Positions 1-9,244 of a stretch of DNA of 61,859 bases are shown piece by piece. Within the stretch, counting starts at the first letter, position 1; every line of letters begins with the position of its first letter. The notes beneath the pieces were generated by a model. The model saw only the letters and a program-made list of their open reading frames with translations, searched no databases and was not told the origin of the DNA. Both the position numbers and the translations under genes were made by a program. The DNA is from an uncultured Oligoflexia bacterium (GTDB lineage: Bacteria > Bdellovibrionota > UBA1018 > CAYHWW01): the NCBI GenBank assembly GCA_964360145.1, contig CAYHWW010000003.1, forward strand, positions 1 through 61,859, in the 5' to 3' direction.

Positions 1-1
1 G

Positions 2-442
2 GAGTTAAGCACGGCCCGGGTGAGGGAGATCATTGGTTTCTGTAAGCAGAAAACAAAACTTGTGAAAGAGCTTGCTCACCTTTTGATGCCCATACTCTCC
101 GCTTCAGAGAACGTCAGACCGGAAGCCCGCCCCGACGGCACCACCACATGGACCAAAGCCCGCTTAGGTGAATCCATTGCCCATGTCGTGCGCGAGATGG
201 AGCACTTGGCAAAGAACCCCCAGGGCACATTGCTCGACGGGGGCGTGGACTCCAAGGCATTGGAGACGCTGTATAAGGCTGCCGCTGAGCGCTATGGCCT
301 CAAGATGGTGGAGCTCGCCCAGCCCACGCGATTCCTGATTTTTGGAAATACCGTTGGACCGAGTTTATTCGATGTCATCATACGGATGCCCTGGGCCACG
401 GTCCACGCCCGCATCAGTCGTTTTGATGATGTGTTGATGTAA
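2..442 (+). CDS. gltX: glutamate--tRNA ligase, C-terminal fragment (5' part outside window)
   Basis: The frame is open from nt 2. The tail ...GLKMVELAQPTRFLIFGNTVGPSLFDVI... resembles the C-terminal anticodon-binding end of bacterial GluRS. The catalytic N-terminus is not in the window. Confidence 0.6.
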   Translation, partial: ELSTARVREIIGFCKQKTKLVKELAHLLMPILSASENVRPEARPDGTTTWTKARLGESIAHVVREMEHLAKNPQGTLLDGGVDSKALETLYKAAAERYGLKMVELAQPTRFLIFGNTVGPSLFDVIIRMPWATVHARISRFDDVLM

Positions 443-450
443 AGCAAGTC

Positions 451-1716
451 ATGAAAGTCGTCATCGTAGGCGCGGGTTTTGCCGGTCTTAATGCCGCGAA
501 GAGATTGGGCAGCGTGAAGGGCATCGACATCACCTTGGTGGATCGCCGCAACTACCACCTTTTTCAACCGTTGCTCTACCAAGTGGCCATGGCGGCCCTT
601 TCCCCTGCGGAGATTGCCATGCCCATCCGCGCCATTGTGTGGCACCACCGCAATATCGATGTGCGGCTGGGCAACGTTACCGCCGTGGATATGGCTGCGA
701 AGACTGTCACCACGGATGGCGAAGCGCTCAGCTACGATCGCCTCATTCTCGCCTGTGGCGCCAAGCACAGTTACTTCGGTCATGGGGAATGGGAAGATAT
801 GGCTCCCGGGCTGAAAACCCTGGAGCAAGCCACCGAGATTCGTCGGCGCATGCTGCTGGCTTTCGAACTGGCGGACAAAGAGAAAGATGCAGAAAAACAA
901 AAGCGGCTTTTGACCTTCGTCGTTGTGGGGGGAGGGCCTACGGGGGTTGAGCTCGCTGGCGCATTGGGCGAGATCAGTCGGTATACGCTCGCGCGGGATT
1001 TCCGTCATATCGACCCCGCACGCACACGCATCGTGCTCATTGAAGCGGGACCTCGCATCTTGGCAGCGTTCCATGAAAGTCTTGCCCGACGCGCCACTGG
1101 CGACCTTGAGCGCTTGGGCGTGCAGGTGTGGACTGGCGCCCGGGTGCTGGACGTGACCGCCGCTGGCGTGCGCTTGCCCTCTGAGTTTCTAAGCTCCGCC
1201 ACCGTACTCTGGGCAGCGGGCGTACAGCCCTCGAGTCTTGGGCGTGCTCTTGGCACACCGCTTGATGCCATGGGTCGAGTGGTGGTGGGGAGAGACCTCA
1301 CGGTACCTGGCCACAGTGACGTGTTCGTGCTGGGCGACCAAGCCCATGTGGAAGACCTGAGGACGAAGAAGCCCTTGCCCGGGTTGTCGCCGGTTGCCAT
1401 CCAACAGGGGCTCTTTGCCGCCCGCCAGATCCTCAATGATGTGAGGGGAAGTTCCCGGGAGGAGTTTCATTATAAAGACAAAGGCATCATGGCCACCATC
1501 GGTCGCAAGACGGCCATCGTGGAAGTGGGTCGGCTGCGCTTCGGTGGGTTCTTCGCCTGGTGGACCTGGCTTCTGGTGCACATCTACTATTTGATTGGCT
1601 TCAGGAACCGGCTCTTAGTCCTCATCCAATGGGCGTGGGCGTACCTGACGTTTTCTCGGGGTGCACGCCTCATCGTGGATAAGGAATGGCGCATCAATCC
1701 GCCACCGCGAAAGTGA
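451..1716 (+). CDS. ndh: type II NADH dehydrogenase (NDH-2) / FAD-dependent pyridine nucleotide-disulfide oxidoreductase
   Basis: Rossmann start MKVVIVGAGFAGLNAAKRL, second dinucleotide fold VVVGGGPTGVELAG, and a 421-aa length typical of NDH-2. Confidence 0.85.
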   Translation: MKVVIVGAGFAGLNAAKRLGSVKGIDITLVDRRNYHLFQPLLYQVAMAALSPAEIAMPIRAIVWHHRNIDVRLGNVTAVDMAAKTVTTDGEALSYDRLILACGAKHSYFGHGEWEDMAPGLKTLEQATEIRRRMLLAFELADKEKDAEKQKRLLTFVVVGGGPTGVELAGALGEISRYTLARDFRHIDPARTRIVLIEAGPRILAAFHESLARRATGDLERLGVQVWTGARVLDVTAAGVRLPSEFLSSATVLWAAGVQPSSLGRALGTPLDAMGRVVVGRDLTVPGHSDVFVLGDQAHVEDLRTKKPLPGLSPVAIQQGLFAARQILNDVRGSSREEFHYKDKGIMATIGRKTAIVEVGRLRFGGFFAWWTWLLVHIYYLIGFRNRLLVLIQWAWAYLTFSRGARLIVDKEWRINPPPRK

Positions 1717-3414
1717 CTACTTATTCTCTTTGGCCCAGGAATCCCGCAGCGTGGCGGTGCGGTTGAAGACCAAGGTGGATCCCGAACGGTGATCCCGTCG
1801 GTCCGCCACAAAGTAGCCCAGGCGTTCAAACTGAAAACGGTCTTCGGGCTTTGCCTCCGCGAGGCCAGGTTCCACCCAGCACTCAGAAAGGGTTTCGAGG
1901 GACTTGGGGTTGAGCTTGTCTAAGAAGTCATCACCAGGGAGCTGTACGGTGAGCATGCGGTCATACATCCGGACTTCTGCTTTTTTGCCATGGGTCGCGG
2001 AGACCCAGTGAATGGTGCCTTTGACTTTGCGACCATCCGGCGTGTTGCCGCCAGTGGTCGCTGGATCATAGGTGCAGTGCACGGCGGTGACCTTGCCGCT
2101 GCTGTCTTTCACCACGTTCACGCATTTCACGATGTAGGCTCCGCGGAGCCGCACTTCACCGCCGGGCTGGAGGCGGAAGTATTTGGGCGGCGGTGTTTCC
2201 ATGAAGTCATCTTGCTCGATGTAGACTTCACGGCTGAACGGGACTTTGCGCGTGCCCCTGTCGGCGTGGACGGGGTGTCGCGGCAGCTCGAACTCTTCGG
2301 TCTTCGCTTCGGGGTAGTTATCGATGATGAGCTTCAGGGGTCTCAGCACCGCCATGGCCCGGGGGGCGCTGCGATCCAGGTCCTCGCGGACGCAGTTTTC
2401 CAAGACGGCGAAGTCAATGCAGCTGTCTTTTTTCGTGACGCCCACGCGTTCGCAGAAATCGCGGATGGCCGCAGGAGTGTAACCCCTGCGGCGCAAACCC
2501 TGGATGGTGGGCATGCGAGGGTCGTCCCAACCGCTTACGCGGTTCTGCTCCACGAGCTCGAGGAGCTTGCGTTTGCTCATCACCGTATAGTCGATGTTGA
2601 GGCGGGCGAACTCGATCTGTTGGGGATGGCACGGTGTTTTCAGTGTATCCAGAATCCAGTCGTAAAAGGGGCGGTGATCCTCAAACTCCAAGGTGCAGAT
2701 GGAGTGGGTGATGCCCTCCAGCATGTCGGAGAGGGGATGGGCGTAGTCGTACATGGGGTAGATGCACCACTTGCTGCCCGTCTGATGGTGCTCCGCATGG
2801 CGGATGCGGTAGAGCGCGGGGTCCCGTAAGTTCACGTTGCCCGACTTCATGTCGATTTTGGCGCGGAGAATGTGGGCGCCGTCGGGGAATTCGCCATTGC
2901 GCATGCGGGCGAAGAGATCCAGGTTCTCTTCGATGGTGCGGTTGCGATGGGGCGATTCTTTGCCTGGTTCAGTGAGGGACCCGCGGCTTTTGCGCATTTC
3001 TTCGGCACTTTGGCTATCCACGTAGGCTTTGCCCATTTTAATGAGGGTCACCGCGTAGTCGTGGATTTTCTCGAAGTAGTCCGAGGCGTTGTGGAGGCCA
3101 GCCCATTCAAAACCAAGCCAGCGCACGTCTTCTTGAATGGACTCCACGTACTCCACGTCTTCTTTGGCGGGGTTTGTGTCATCAAAACGCAGGTTGCACC
3201 TGCCCTTGTAGTCGCGGGCGAGCCCGAAGTTGAGGCAGATGCTTTTCGCATGCCCGATGTGGAGGTAGCCGTTGGGCTCCGGCGGGAAGCGCGTGACGAC
3301 CTTGCCACCAAACTTGCCTGTGCGGTGATCCTCATCAATGATCTGGCGGATGAAGTTCGACGGGGCTGGGGGCGTCGTAGTGAGTGGTGTTGATACCGGG
3401 CTCTGCGTAGACAT
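1717..3414 (-). CDS. glnS: glutamine--tRNA ligase
   Basis: HIGH motif ([14 protein letters not shown]) and KMSKS-type motif (VMSKR), with a full-length GlnRS-like sequence. The ATG at 3414 is preferred over the upstream GTG at 3432. Confidence 0.9.
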   Translation of the reverse strand: MSTQSPVSTPLTTTPPAPSNFIRQIIDEDHRTGKFGGKVVTRFPPEPNGYLHIGHAKSICLNFGLARDYKGRCNLRFDDTNPAKEDVEYVESIQEDVRWLGFEWAGLHNASDYFEKIHDYAVTLIKMGKAYVDSQSAEEMRKSRGSLTEPGKESPHRNRTIEENLDLFARMRNGEFPDGAHILRAKIDMKSGNVNLRDPALYRIRHAEHHQTGSKWCIYPMYDYAHPLSDMLEGITHSICTLEFEDHRPFYDWILDTLKTPCHPQQIEFARLNIDYTVMSKRKLLELVEQNRVSGWDDPRMPTIQGLRRRGYTPAAIRDFCERVGVTKKDSCIDFAVLENCVREDLDRSAPRAMAVLRPLKLIIDNYPEAKTEEFELPRHPVHADRGTRKVPFSREVYIEQDDFMETPPPKYFRLQPGGEVRLRGAYIVKCVNVVKDSSGKVTAVHCTYDPATTGGNTPDGRKVKGTIHWVSATHGKKAEVRMYDRMLTVQLPGDDFLDKLNPKSLETLSECWVEPGLAEAKPEDRFQFERLGYFVADRRDHRSGSTLVFNRTATLRDSWAKENK

Positions 3415-3481
3415 ATCCACATGAATTAGCACAGTACACTAGCCTCTGTCTTCCCAGACTATGCTAGCCTGAATCACGAAT

Positions 3482-5530
3482 ATGATGACGCCCCTCCATG
3501 AGATCTTGCACCAACGTTTTGGCTTTACTGCTTTTCGCCCCCACCAAGAAGAGGTCTGCGAGGCTGCTGCGGCCGGGGATGACGTGCTCCTCGTCATGCC
3601 CACAGGCGCTGGGAAATCCCTTTGTTACCAGATCCCAGGACTGGCTCGTGGTGGCGTGACCCTGGTCATCAGCCCCTTGGTGGCCCTCATCGAAGACCAA
3701 GTGGCGGCGCTGCGGGCCAGGGGCGGACCACGGCCCTTACGAGCAGAGCGTATCCACTCAGGGCGAGACCGGGAAGCGTCGCGTCAGGTCTGCATGAGTT
3801 ATCTCAAAGGTGAGCTGGATTTTCTCTTCATCGCGCCAGAGCGTTTGGCTGTGCCCGGCTTCCTCGAGATGCTGGCCAAGCGAAAACCCTCACTGATTGC
3901 CGTTGACGAAGCCCACTGCATTTCCCAGTGGGGCCATGATTTTAGGCCCGAGTACCGCATGCTAGGCCAAAGATTACCGGCCCTGCGGCCCGCCCCCGTC
4001 ATCGCGCTCACTGCCACCGCCACGGCCCGGGTCCAAGAAGACATCTGCGCGGGGCTCAGCATGCCGGGAGCGCGGCGCTTCATCCATGGGTTCCGCCGGG
4101 GAAATATCGCCGTTGAAGTCGTGGAGATGAACCCGGGGGAGCGCATCAAGACCACCATGGAGCTCCTGACACCGGCGGAGCGGCGCCCGGCCATTGTCTA
4201 TGCTCCCACCCGCAAGCGCGCTGAGGAAGTCTGTGAGGCAATGAAAAGCCGCTTCTCCGTGGGCACCTACCATGCGGGGATGACGGCGCTGCAACGGGAG
4301 AAGGCTCAGAACGGATTTCTCAGTGGCGACATCGATGTCATGGTGGCCACGATTGCCTTCGGCATGGGCATCGATAAAGCCAATGTGCGCACCGTGGCTC
4401 ACCTGGCCTTGCCCTCAAGCATCGAGGCTTATTATCAAGAGATTGGTCGTGCGGGGCGGGACGGGGCTCCTTCACGGGCGGTGCTTCTCCAGTCCTACAT
4501 CGATCGTAAGACCCACGAGTTCTTCCGCGATCGTGATTATCCAGAGCTCCATGTGCTGCAGAGCGTGTTTGCCGCCAGTGGCGCGGAACCCTGTGACAGC
4601 GATGAGCTGTTGGCGCGCAGCGAGTTGACCGAGGTGGATTTCTCACGAGCTTTGGAAAAACTATGGATTCATGGCGGCGTGGTCATCGATGGGGACCAGC
4701 GCGTGAAGCGCGGCGCCGAAGGTTGGCAGAAGGCCTATGCCGCGCAGCGGGCCCATCGGGATCGTCAGCTTGAGGACGTGACTCGTTTTGCGGAGGGCAC
4801 GGGCTGTCGCATGACGGCGTTGGTGCGGCATTTTGGAGATAAAGACGATGCGGGCGCTGACTGCGGCACCTGTGATTGGTGCGCGCCCGCCCAGGCCCTT
4901 TGTGCTGCGACCCGCACTCGCCCCCTCAATGAAGCAGAGCGCGGCATCGCCCTCTGGGTCTTGAATGCGCTCGCCACGGCGGGGGCAGGTGGGGATGGGG
5001 CCCCTTCCACAGGGAAGCTCGCCCGGGACTGGGCGGGGGATCGTCGGCTCTTCGAGCGGGTGATCACAGCGCTTTCCAAGGCAAGGCTCCTTTCTTTCTA
5101 TGACGATTCTTTTGAAAAGGACGGCAGCGTCATTCGGTTCCGGCGGGTCTATCTCAGTGAGGATGGTCGAGTGTTGCGCAATGCAGACCAGCGATTGGCT
5201 TCGCTCAATGATGTGCGCATCAGCGAAGAGCTGGCGAAATCGAAAGCTTCCAAGAGCAAGAGGAGTGGCAAGGGCCGCTCTTCCGCTGAGGGGCAGCCAG
5301 CAGTGGGAAGCCCCGCGCCAGAGACCGTGACAGCATTAAAATCCTGGAGGCTTGCCATCGCACGCAGCGAAAAAGTGCCCGCCTTCCGCATTTTGTCGGA
5401 CAGAGTGCTGATGGCCATTGCCGCTGCCCGCCCCGAGAATCAGGACGCGTTGCTCGCGGTCCATGGCATGGGCCCTCGACTTTGCGAGAAATTCGGTCGG
5501 GATATCCTTGGAGTATTGCGCTCCGGCTAA
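3482..5530 (+). CDS. recQ: RecQ-family ATP-dependent DNA helicase
   Basis: Walker A MPTGAGKS, DEAH box VDEAHCISQWGHDFRPEY, and an HRDC-like C-terminus (FRILSDRVLMAIAAARPENQDALLAVHGMG). Confidence 0.85.
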   Translation: MMTPLHEILHQRFGFTAFRPHQEEVCEAAAAGDDVLLVMPTGAGKSLCYQIPGLARGGVTLVISPLVALIEDQVAALRARGGPRPLRAERIHSGRDREASRQVCMSYLKGELDFLFIAPERLAVPGFLEMLAKRKPSLIAVDEAHCISQWGHDFRPEYRMLGQRLPALRPAPVIALTATATARVQEDICAGLSMPGARRFIHGFRRGNIAVEVVEMNPGERIKTTMELLTPAERRPAIVYAPTRKRAEEVCEAMKSRFSVGTYHAGMTALQREKAQNGFLSGDIDVMVATIAFGMGIDKANVRTVAHLALPSSIEAYYQEIGRAGRDGAPSRAVLLQSYIDRKTHEFFRDRDYPELHVLQSVFAASGAEPCDSDELLARSELTEVDFSRALEKLWIHGGVVIDGDQRVKRGAEGWQKAYAAQRAHRDRQLEDVTRFAEGTGCRMTALVRHFGDKDDAGADCGTCDWCAPAQALCAATRTRPLNEAERGIALWVLNALATAGAGGDGAPSTGKLARDWAGDRRLFERVITALSKARLLSFYDDSFEKDGSVIRFRRVYLSEDGRVLRNADQRLASLNDVRISEELAKSKASKSKRSGKGRSSAEGQPAVGSPAPETVTALKSWRLAIARSEKVPAFRILSDRVLMAIAAARPENQDALLAVHGMGPRLCEKFGRDILGVLRSG

Positions 5531-5587
5531 GAGCGTTATGGCATGGCTCATTCCGCCATGGTTTTGCATGGCCCAAGAAATGCAGGA

Positions 5588-5619
5588 ACTCCTTGTTTGA
5601 TGATCATCAAACAAGGAGT
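5588..5619 (+). promoter_or_regulatory. perfect 32-nt palindrome overlapping the Shine-Dalgarno of the downstream CBS gene
   Basis: ACTCCTTGTTTGATGA|TCATCAAACAAGGAGT; every position was checked as complementary. The 3' arm contains AAGGAG, 5 nt upstream of the ATG at 5624. Confidence 0.6.
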
Positions 5620-5623
5620 CCAT

Positions 5624-6487
5624 ATGAATCAATCCATCGAACGTTTCATGAAGGGGAGGGTGCTCGTACTCAGTGAAGCCGCATCGGCGCAGGAGGCGGC
5701 GCGCGCCATGTATGAGCGCCGTGTGGGGTGCGCCGTGGTTTGCAGCAGCGAAGGGCGCATGGCGGGCCTCGTCACGGACCGTGACATCGCCACGCAGTTG
5801 GTGGCATTTGCGGAGCCCTTGTCCACCCCTCTCCGGGAGATCATGAGTGAGCCCATGTACTCCATCGCGGATTGGCAACACGCCAATGATGCTGTGCAGC
5901 TGATGGAGGGGCATGGCCTGCGCCGCGTGCCTATTATCCGAAGGTCCGAGTCGGGCCAGGAAAAATGCGTGGGCATCGTCACTCTCGATGATTTGATCAC
6001 TTTCAAGCTCACCGACATCGACACAATCAGTCGGATTGTGGCGCGTCAGATGCCAGGTAAAAAGTATGGCATTACGCGCACCGATCGCAGGGAAGAGCGT
6101 CGGGAGCAGACCCTTGCACGCTTCTATGGCACGGTGACTGCTCATACGTACTTGGATCAAGCAGCCGTTGAGAAGCTCACGCATTTTGTGCTCAGCACGG
6201 TCGTGCGTAGGATATTGCCTTCGGAGGCAAAGCAGTTGATCGAGCAGCTGCCCGGCATACTCAAAGAGGATCTGCTAGAATTGCGTGCCGGGCCCGATCG
6301 AAGCATCACTGAGGATGTCATCCTGAAGCAGATGGAGACTCACTTTGGGATGGAGACGGAAGAAGCGACCGCCGCACTTTCGGGGTTCTGGGCTGCCTTG
6401 AAGGAGTTCACTGGTGATTCTGGAGAGGCAGGTCACGTGCTCGCTCAAATGCCACCCCGACTCCGAGAACTCTTTCTCTCGGAATAA
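5624..6487 (+). CDS. CBS-pair domain protein with DUF2267-like C-terminal half
   Basis: Two CBS-like repeats (VGCAVVCSSEGRMAGLVTDRDI; GLRRVPIIRR...VGIVTLDDLI). The C-terminal helical part resembles DUF2267. The ATG at 5624 has an AAGGAG SD, and the ORF-track start at 5543 lacks one. Confidence 0.7.
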   Translation: MNQSIERFMKGRVLVLSEAASAQEAARAMYERRVGCAVVCSSEGRMAGLVTDRDIATQLVAFAEPLSTPLREIMSEPMYSIADWQHANDAVQLMEGHGLRRVPIIRRSESGQEKCVGIVTLDDLITFKLTDIDTISRIVARQMPGKKYGITRTDRREERREQTLARFYGTVTAHTYLDQAAVEKLTHFVLSTVVRRILPSEAKQLIEQLPGILKEDLLELRAGPDRSITEDVILKQMETHFGMETEEATAALSGFWAALKEFTGDSGEAGHVLAQMPPRLRELFLSE

Positions 6488-6573
6488 GGGCGAGCCCTAA
6501 GGGTCCGCGAGGTTGTGCCGCTGAGGAGCGGAGTGCTTGTGCAGAGCACCCATCTCCCCAGCGGATTCTAGCG

Positions 6574-7071
6574 TCAGGCAACCCGCTCTTTTTCACGTTC
6601 CTTTTGAGGGGTTCTGCTCTCTTCTTTTTTGTGGCTTAAGAGTCGATCCCAAAAACCGGCCTTGCCCTCACCGATTTTAATTTGTTGCCCTTTGGAAGCT
6701 TCACCTTTGGGCACGGCGACGCGTAAGACACCATTCCGGTAATCAGCCTCGATTTGCTCCGCTTTAATGCCAGCGGGGAGCGTAAAGCTCCGCTCGTAGG
6801 AGCCATAACTGCGCTCAGTCTGGTAGTAGTCTTTACCCTTCTCTTCGCGCTCCTCTTTGCGTGCACCGGAAACGGTCAGCGTGTTGTCCTGCAAGTTGAT
6901 TCGGATATCTTCTTTAGGGACCCCTGGGAGGTCAAAACTCATGAGGTAATGACTCTCCGTTTCATCCACTTCGTAAGCAGGTGCCATGGTCTGGTCGAAG
7001 AGGCGCTCGACCTGCCGCTGCAGCCGATTGAATTCGCTAAAGGGGCGCCAGAGATCGATTTGAGTTTTCAT
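6574..7071 (-). CDS. Hsp20/alpha-crystallin family small heat-shock protein
   Basis: Alpha-crystallin domain (HYLMSFDLPGVPKEDIRINLQDNTLTVSG...NGVLRVAVPK). AGGAG lies upstream of the ATG at 7071. The longer ORF-track version (to 7317) would overlap the kinase gene. Confidence 0.85.
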   Translation of the reverse strand: MKTQIDLWRPFSEFNRLQRQVERLFDQTMAPAYEVDETESHYLMSFDLPGVPKEDIRINLQDNTLTVSGARKEEREEKGKDYYQTERSYGSYERSFTLPAGIKAEQIEADYRNGVLRVAVPKGEASKGQQIKIGEGKAGFWDRLLSHKKEESRTPQKEREKERVA

Positions 7072-7127
7072 GTGTATTTCTCCTTGTTCAATTTTGGGAA
7101 TGACGGAAACAGTCATGAGCGCTCGGG

Positions 7128-7144
7128 AGCAACATCCGTGCCAC
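7128..7144 (-). promoter_or_regulatory. sigma-54 (-24/-12) promoter upstream of hsp20
   Basis: The minus strand reads gTGGCACggatgTTGCTc, which is TGGCAC-N5-TTGCW. The -12 element lies 58 nt upstream of the hsp20 ATG. Confidence 0.55.
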
Positions 7145-7192
7145 CATGCAGTGGGGCAGAACGCCGCGGCATTCTCATTGCGCCGCATGCCG

Positions 7193-8506
7193 CTATTTTG
7201 GAAAGCGGCACCAGAAGGTCGAGCCGCGCCCCGTCTTGCTCTCCAAGCCGACTTCGCCACCGTGGAGTTCCATGATGTGCTTGACGATGGAAAGCCCCAG
7301 GCCCGTGCCGCCTTCATCTCGGCCCCGTGCGGCGTCTATGCGATAAAATCGCTCAAAAATGCGGTGGCCGTGCTCATCCGCGATGCCTGGGCCGTTGTCT
7401 GACACTTTAAAAAGGATATCCCCGTTGCCTGCGGTCTCCCAGCTCACATGAATCCTACCGCCCGCTGGAGTGTATTTGCGGGCATTGGAGATGAGATTCA
7501 CGACGACCTGCTCCAGACGATCGGGGTCGGCGAGGACCTCGAAGACGTGGCATTCCACGGTGACCTCGTGCTGCTTATCCTGGAAGGCACCCTGCAGCTG
7601 TCGCACCACGCCTTCGGTGAGTTCTTTCACGCGCACGGGGATTTTCTGAATGTTGGATGTCCGTGAGTCCAGGGAGGAAAGATCAAGGAGGTCATTGATG
7701 AGGGTAAGCAATCGGGAGGAATTCCTGGCGATGATTTTCAAGAAATCCCGGTCCGGGGGGCGGCCCTCTTCCGCATCAATGAGAAGAGTGTCGGCGAACC
7801 CCTTGATGGAGGTCAGGGGGGTGCGCAGCTCGTGGGATACGTTGGCGACGAAATCTTCACGCAAGTCCTGGGTGCGGCGCTCGATGATGCCGGAGGCGAG
7901 CGGCATGACGAGTTTCTTTGATGACCAGTGCAGCATGGCAAGAAGGATCACGGTGAAGACGGCGAGCCCGAGGAGCAGGGTCATGTCGAATATTCGCAGG
8001 ACATCGTGAAGGAAGGAGAGTCTGGTGCCAGCCCGCACGACGAGCGCTCTGCTCGGCAGGTAGAGCGTGGCATAGAGAGCGTCCTCCCCCAATGTTTGGC
8101 TCTCGCGATGGCTGATGCCACGGTGGTTAGCGCTCTCTAGCGCCACCGCGATTTCTTCCCGTTGCAAGAGCGGCGTCATGAGTTGGGAGTTATGCGTGGA
8201 GTCGCAGAGAACGGTGCCATCACCGGCTGAGAGCACGGTGATGCGAAATGGCGTGCCTGATGCGTAGTCCATGCACCAGTGGTCCGTGGGTTTGGCGGGC
8301 AGATCTTTCGCCAGCACGTCGAGGAATTCCTCGGCCTGCTTTTCTGTCTCTCGGAGATAACGGTCTTTGAAGACCACGTTGACAGCTATGCCAAGGGTAG
8401 CAACGAGAGCGAGGATGGCGGCGGCCTGAATGAGGACGATGCGGGAGAAGGATTTCCAGGTGAGGACCCGTGCGCCGGTGTCCAGGGGTGCGGCTTTCGC
8501 CTGCAT
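7193..8506 (-). CDS. sensor histidine kinase (PhoR/EnvZ-like architecture)
   Basis: N-terminal TM segment, H-box FVANVSHELRTPLTSI, and N/G boxes (NLISNARKYTP, DNGPGI, GGTGLGLSIV). Confidence 0.85.
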   Translation of the reverse strand: MQAKAAPLDTGARVLTWKSFSRIVLIQAAAILALVATLGIAVNVVFKDRYLRETEKQAEEFLDVLAKDLPAKPTDHWCMDYASGTPFRITVLSAGDGTVLCDSTHNSQLMTPLLQREEIAVALESANHRGISHRESQTLGEDALYATLYLPSRALVVRAGTRLSFLHDVLRIFDMTLLLGLAVFTVILLAMLHWSSKKLVMPLASGIIERRTQDLREDFVANVSHELRTPLTSIKGFADTLLIDAEEGRPPDRDFLKIIARNSSRLLTLINDLLDLSSLDSRTSNIQKIPVRVKELTEGVVRQLQGAFQDKQHEVTVECHVFEVLADPDRLEQVVVNLISNARKYTPAGGRIHVSWETAGNGDILFKVSDNGPGIADEHGHRIFERFYRIDAARGRDEGGTGLGLSIVKHIMELHGGEVGLESKTGRGSTFWCRFPK

Positions 8507-8507
8507 A

Positions 8508-9176
8508 TCAGCCCGCTTTCACGCGATAGCCGATGCCCCGCACGGTCTCTATGACGTCGGCGCAGGGCCCGATCTTGCCTCTGAGGCCGTAGACGTGGGT
8601 GTCGATGACCCGGTCCACCACCACCACGCCCTCTTCTTGGATGAAGGTGAGCAGTTTTTCGCGGGGGAGCACTTTGCCCTGGTTTCGCATCATGGCGACG
8701 AGGATCTTGAATTCTGAGGCCGTGAGCTGGATCTCTTTGCCTGCGCATCTCACTTCTGCCTTCGCGGCATCCACAAAAAGGTCCCCGATCTTGTACTGGT
8801 CCTCATTCCCCCGCTGTCCGAGGACGGCGGCACGGCGCAGAAGCGCCCGCACCCGGGCGGTGAAGACGGGGATTTCAAAGGGCTTCGTGATGTAGTCATC
8901 CGCGCCTGTTTCCAGCCCCCGCACGATGTCGGCGGGTTCCGATCGGGCTGTGACCATGAGGATGGGGGCGGCCCCCGCCATTTTCCTGCAGAGGTCGATG
9001 CCAGAGACCCCGGGTAGCATCCAGTCGAGGATGATGAGCTCAAACTTCTGTTCTTCGAAGAGTCGCAGGGCGTCTCGACCGTTGGCGGCGGTGACCACCT
9101 CGAGGCCCTCGCGCTTGAGGTGAACGCTCATGAGTTCGCTGACATCGGCTTCATCTTCAACAAGCATCACGCGCAT
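8508..9176 (-). CDS. OmpR/PhoB-family response regulator
   Basis: Receiver domain (MRVMLVEDE...ILDWMLPG) plus a winged-helix output (ETVRGIGYRVK). Its stop abuts the kinase start, so the two form an operon. Confidence 0.9.
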   Translation of the reverse strand: MRVMLVEDEADVSELMSVHLKREGLEVVTAANGRDALRLFEEQKFELIILDWMLPGVSGIDLCRKMAGAAPILMVTARSEPADIVRGLETGADDYITKPFEIPVFTARVRALLRRAAVLGQRGNEDQYKIGDLFVDAAKAEVRCAGKEIQLTASEFKILVAMMRNQGKVLPREKLLTFIQEEGVVVVDRVIDTHVYGLRGKIGPCADVIETVRGIGYRVKAG

Positions 9177-9187
9177 AGGGCCTCTTA

Positions 9188-9232
9188 CATCCCCAGGTGA
9201 ACAGGGAGCAATCCCGTGTTCACCTGGGGATG
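9188..9232. repeat. hairpin with perfect 16-bp inverted-repeat arms
   Basis: CATCCCCAGGTGAACA (9188-9203) and TGTTCACCTGGGGATG (9217-9232) flank a 13-nt loop that contains a GGGA/TCCC mini-stem. TTTTATTT follows on the plus strand only. Confidence 0.6.
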
Positions 9233-9244
9233 TTTTATTTCAGG

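Noticed and set aside
1714-1719. The ndh stop (TGA 1714-1716) and the glnS stop (TAG, complement of 1717-1719) abut with zero intergenic bases.
   Set aside because: Tight convergent packing occurs in compact genomes, and no additional structure is visible. It is probably trivial, although it leaves no room for terminators.
6574-7317. N-terminally extended versions of real genes in the ORF track: hsp20 to 7317, the FAH gene from 20451, the lipoprotein to 27604, the secreted protein from 27411 and the PAP2 gene to 40966.
   Set aside because: The extensions overlap neighbouring genes or repeat-rich spacers and lack family similarity. Internal ATGs with good SDs give proper signal peptides or domain starts.
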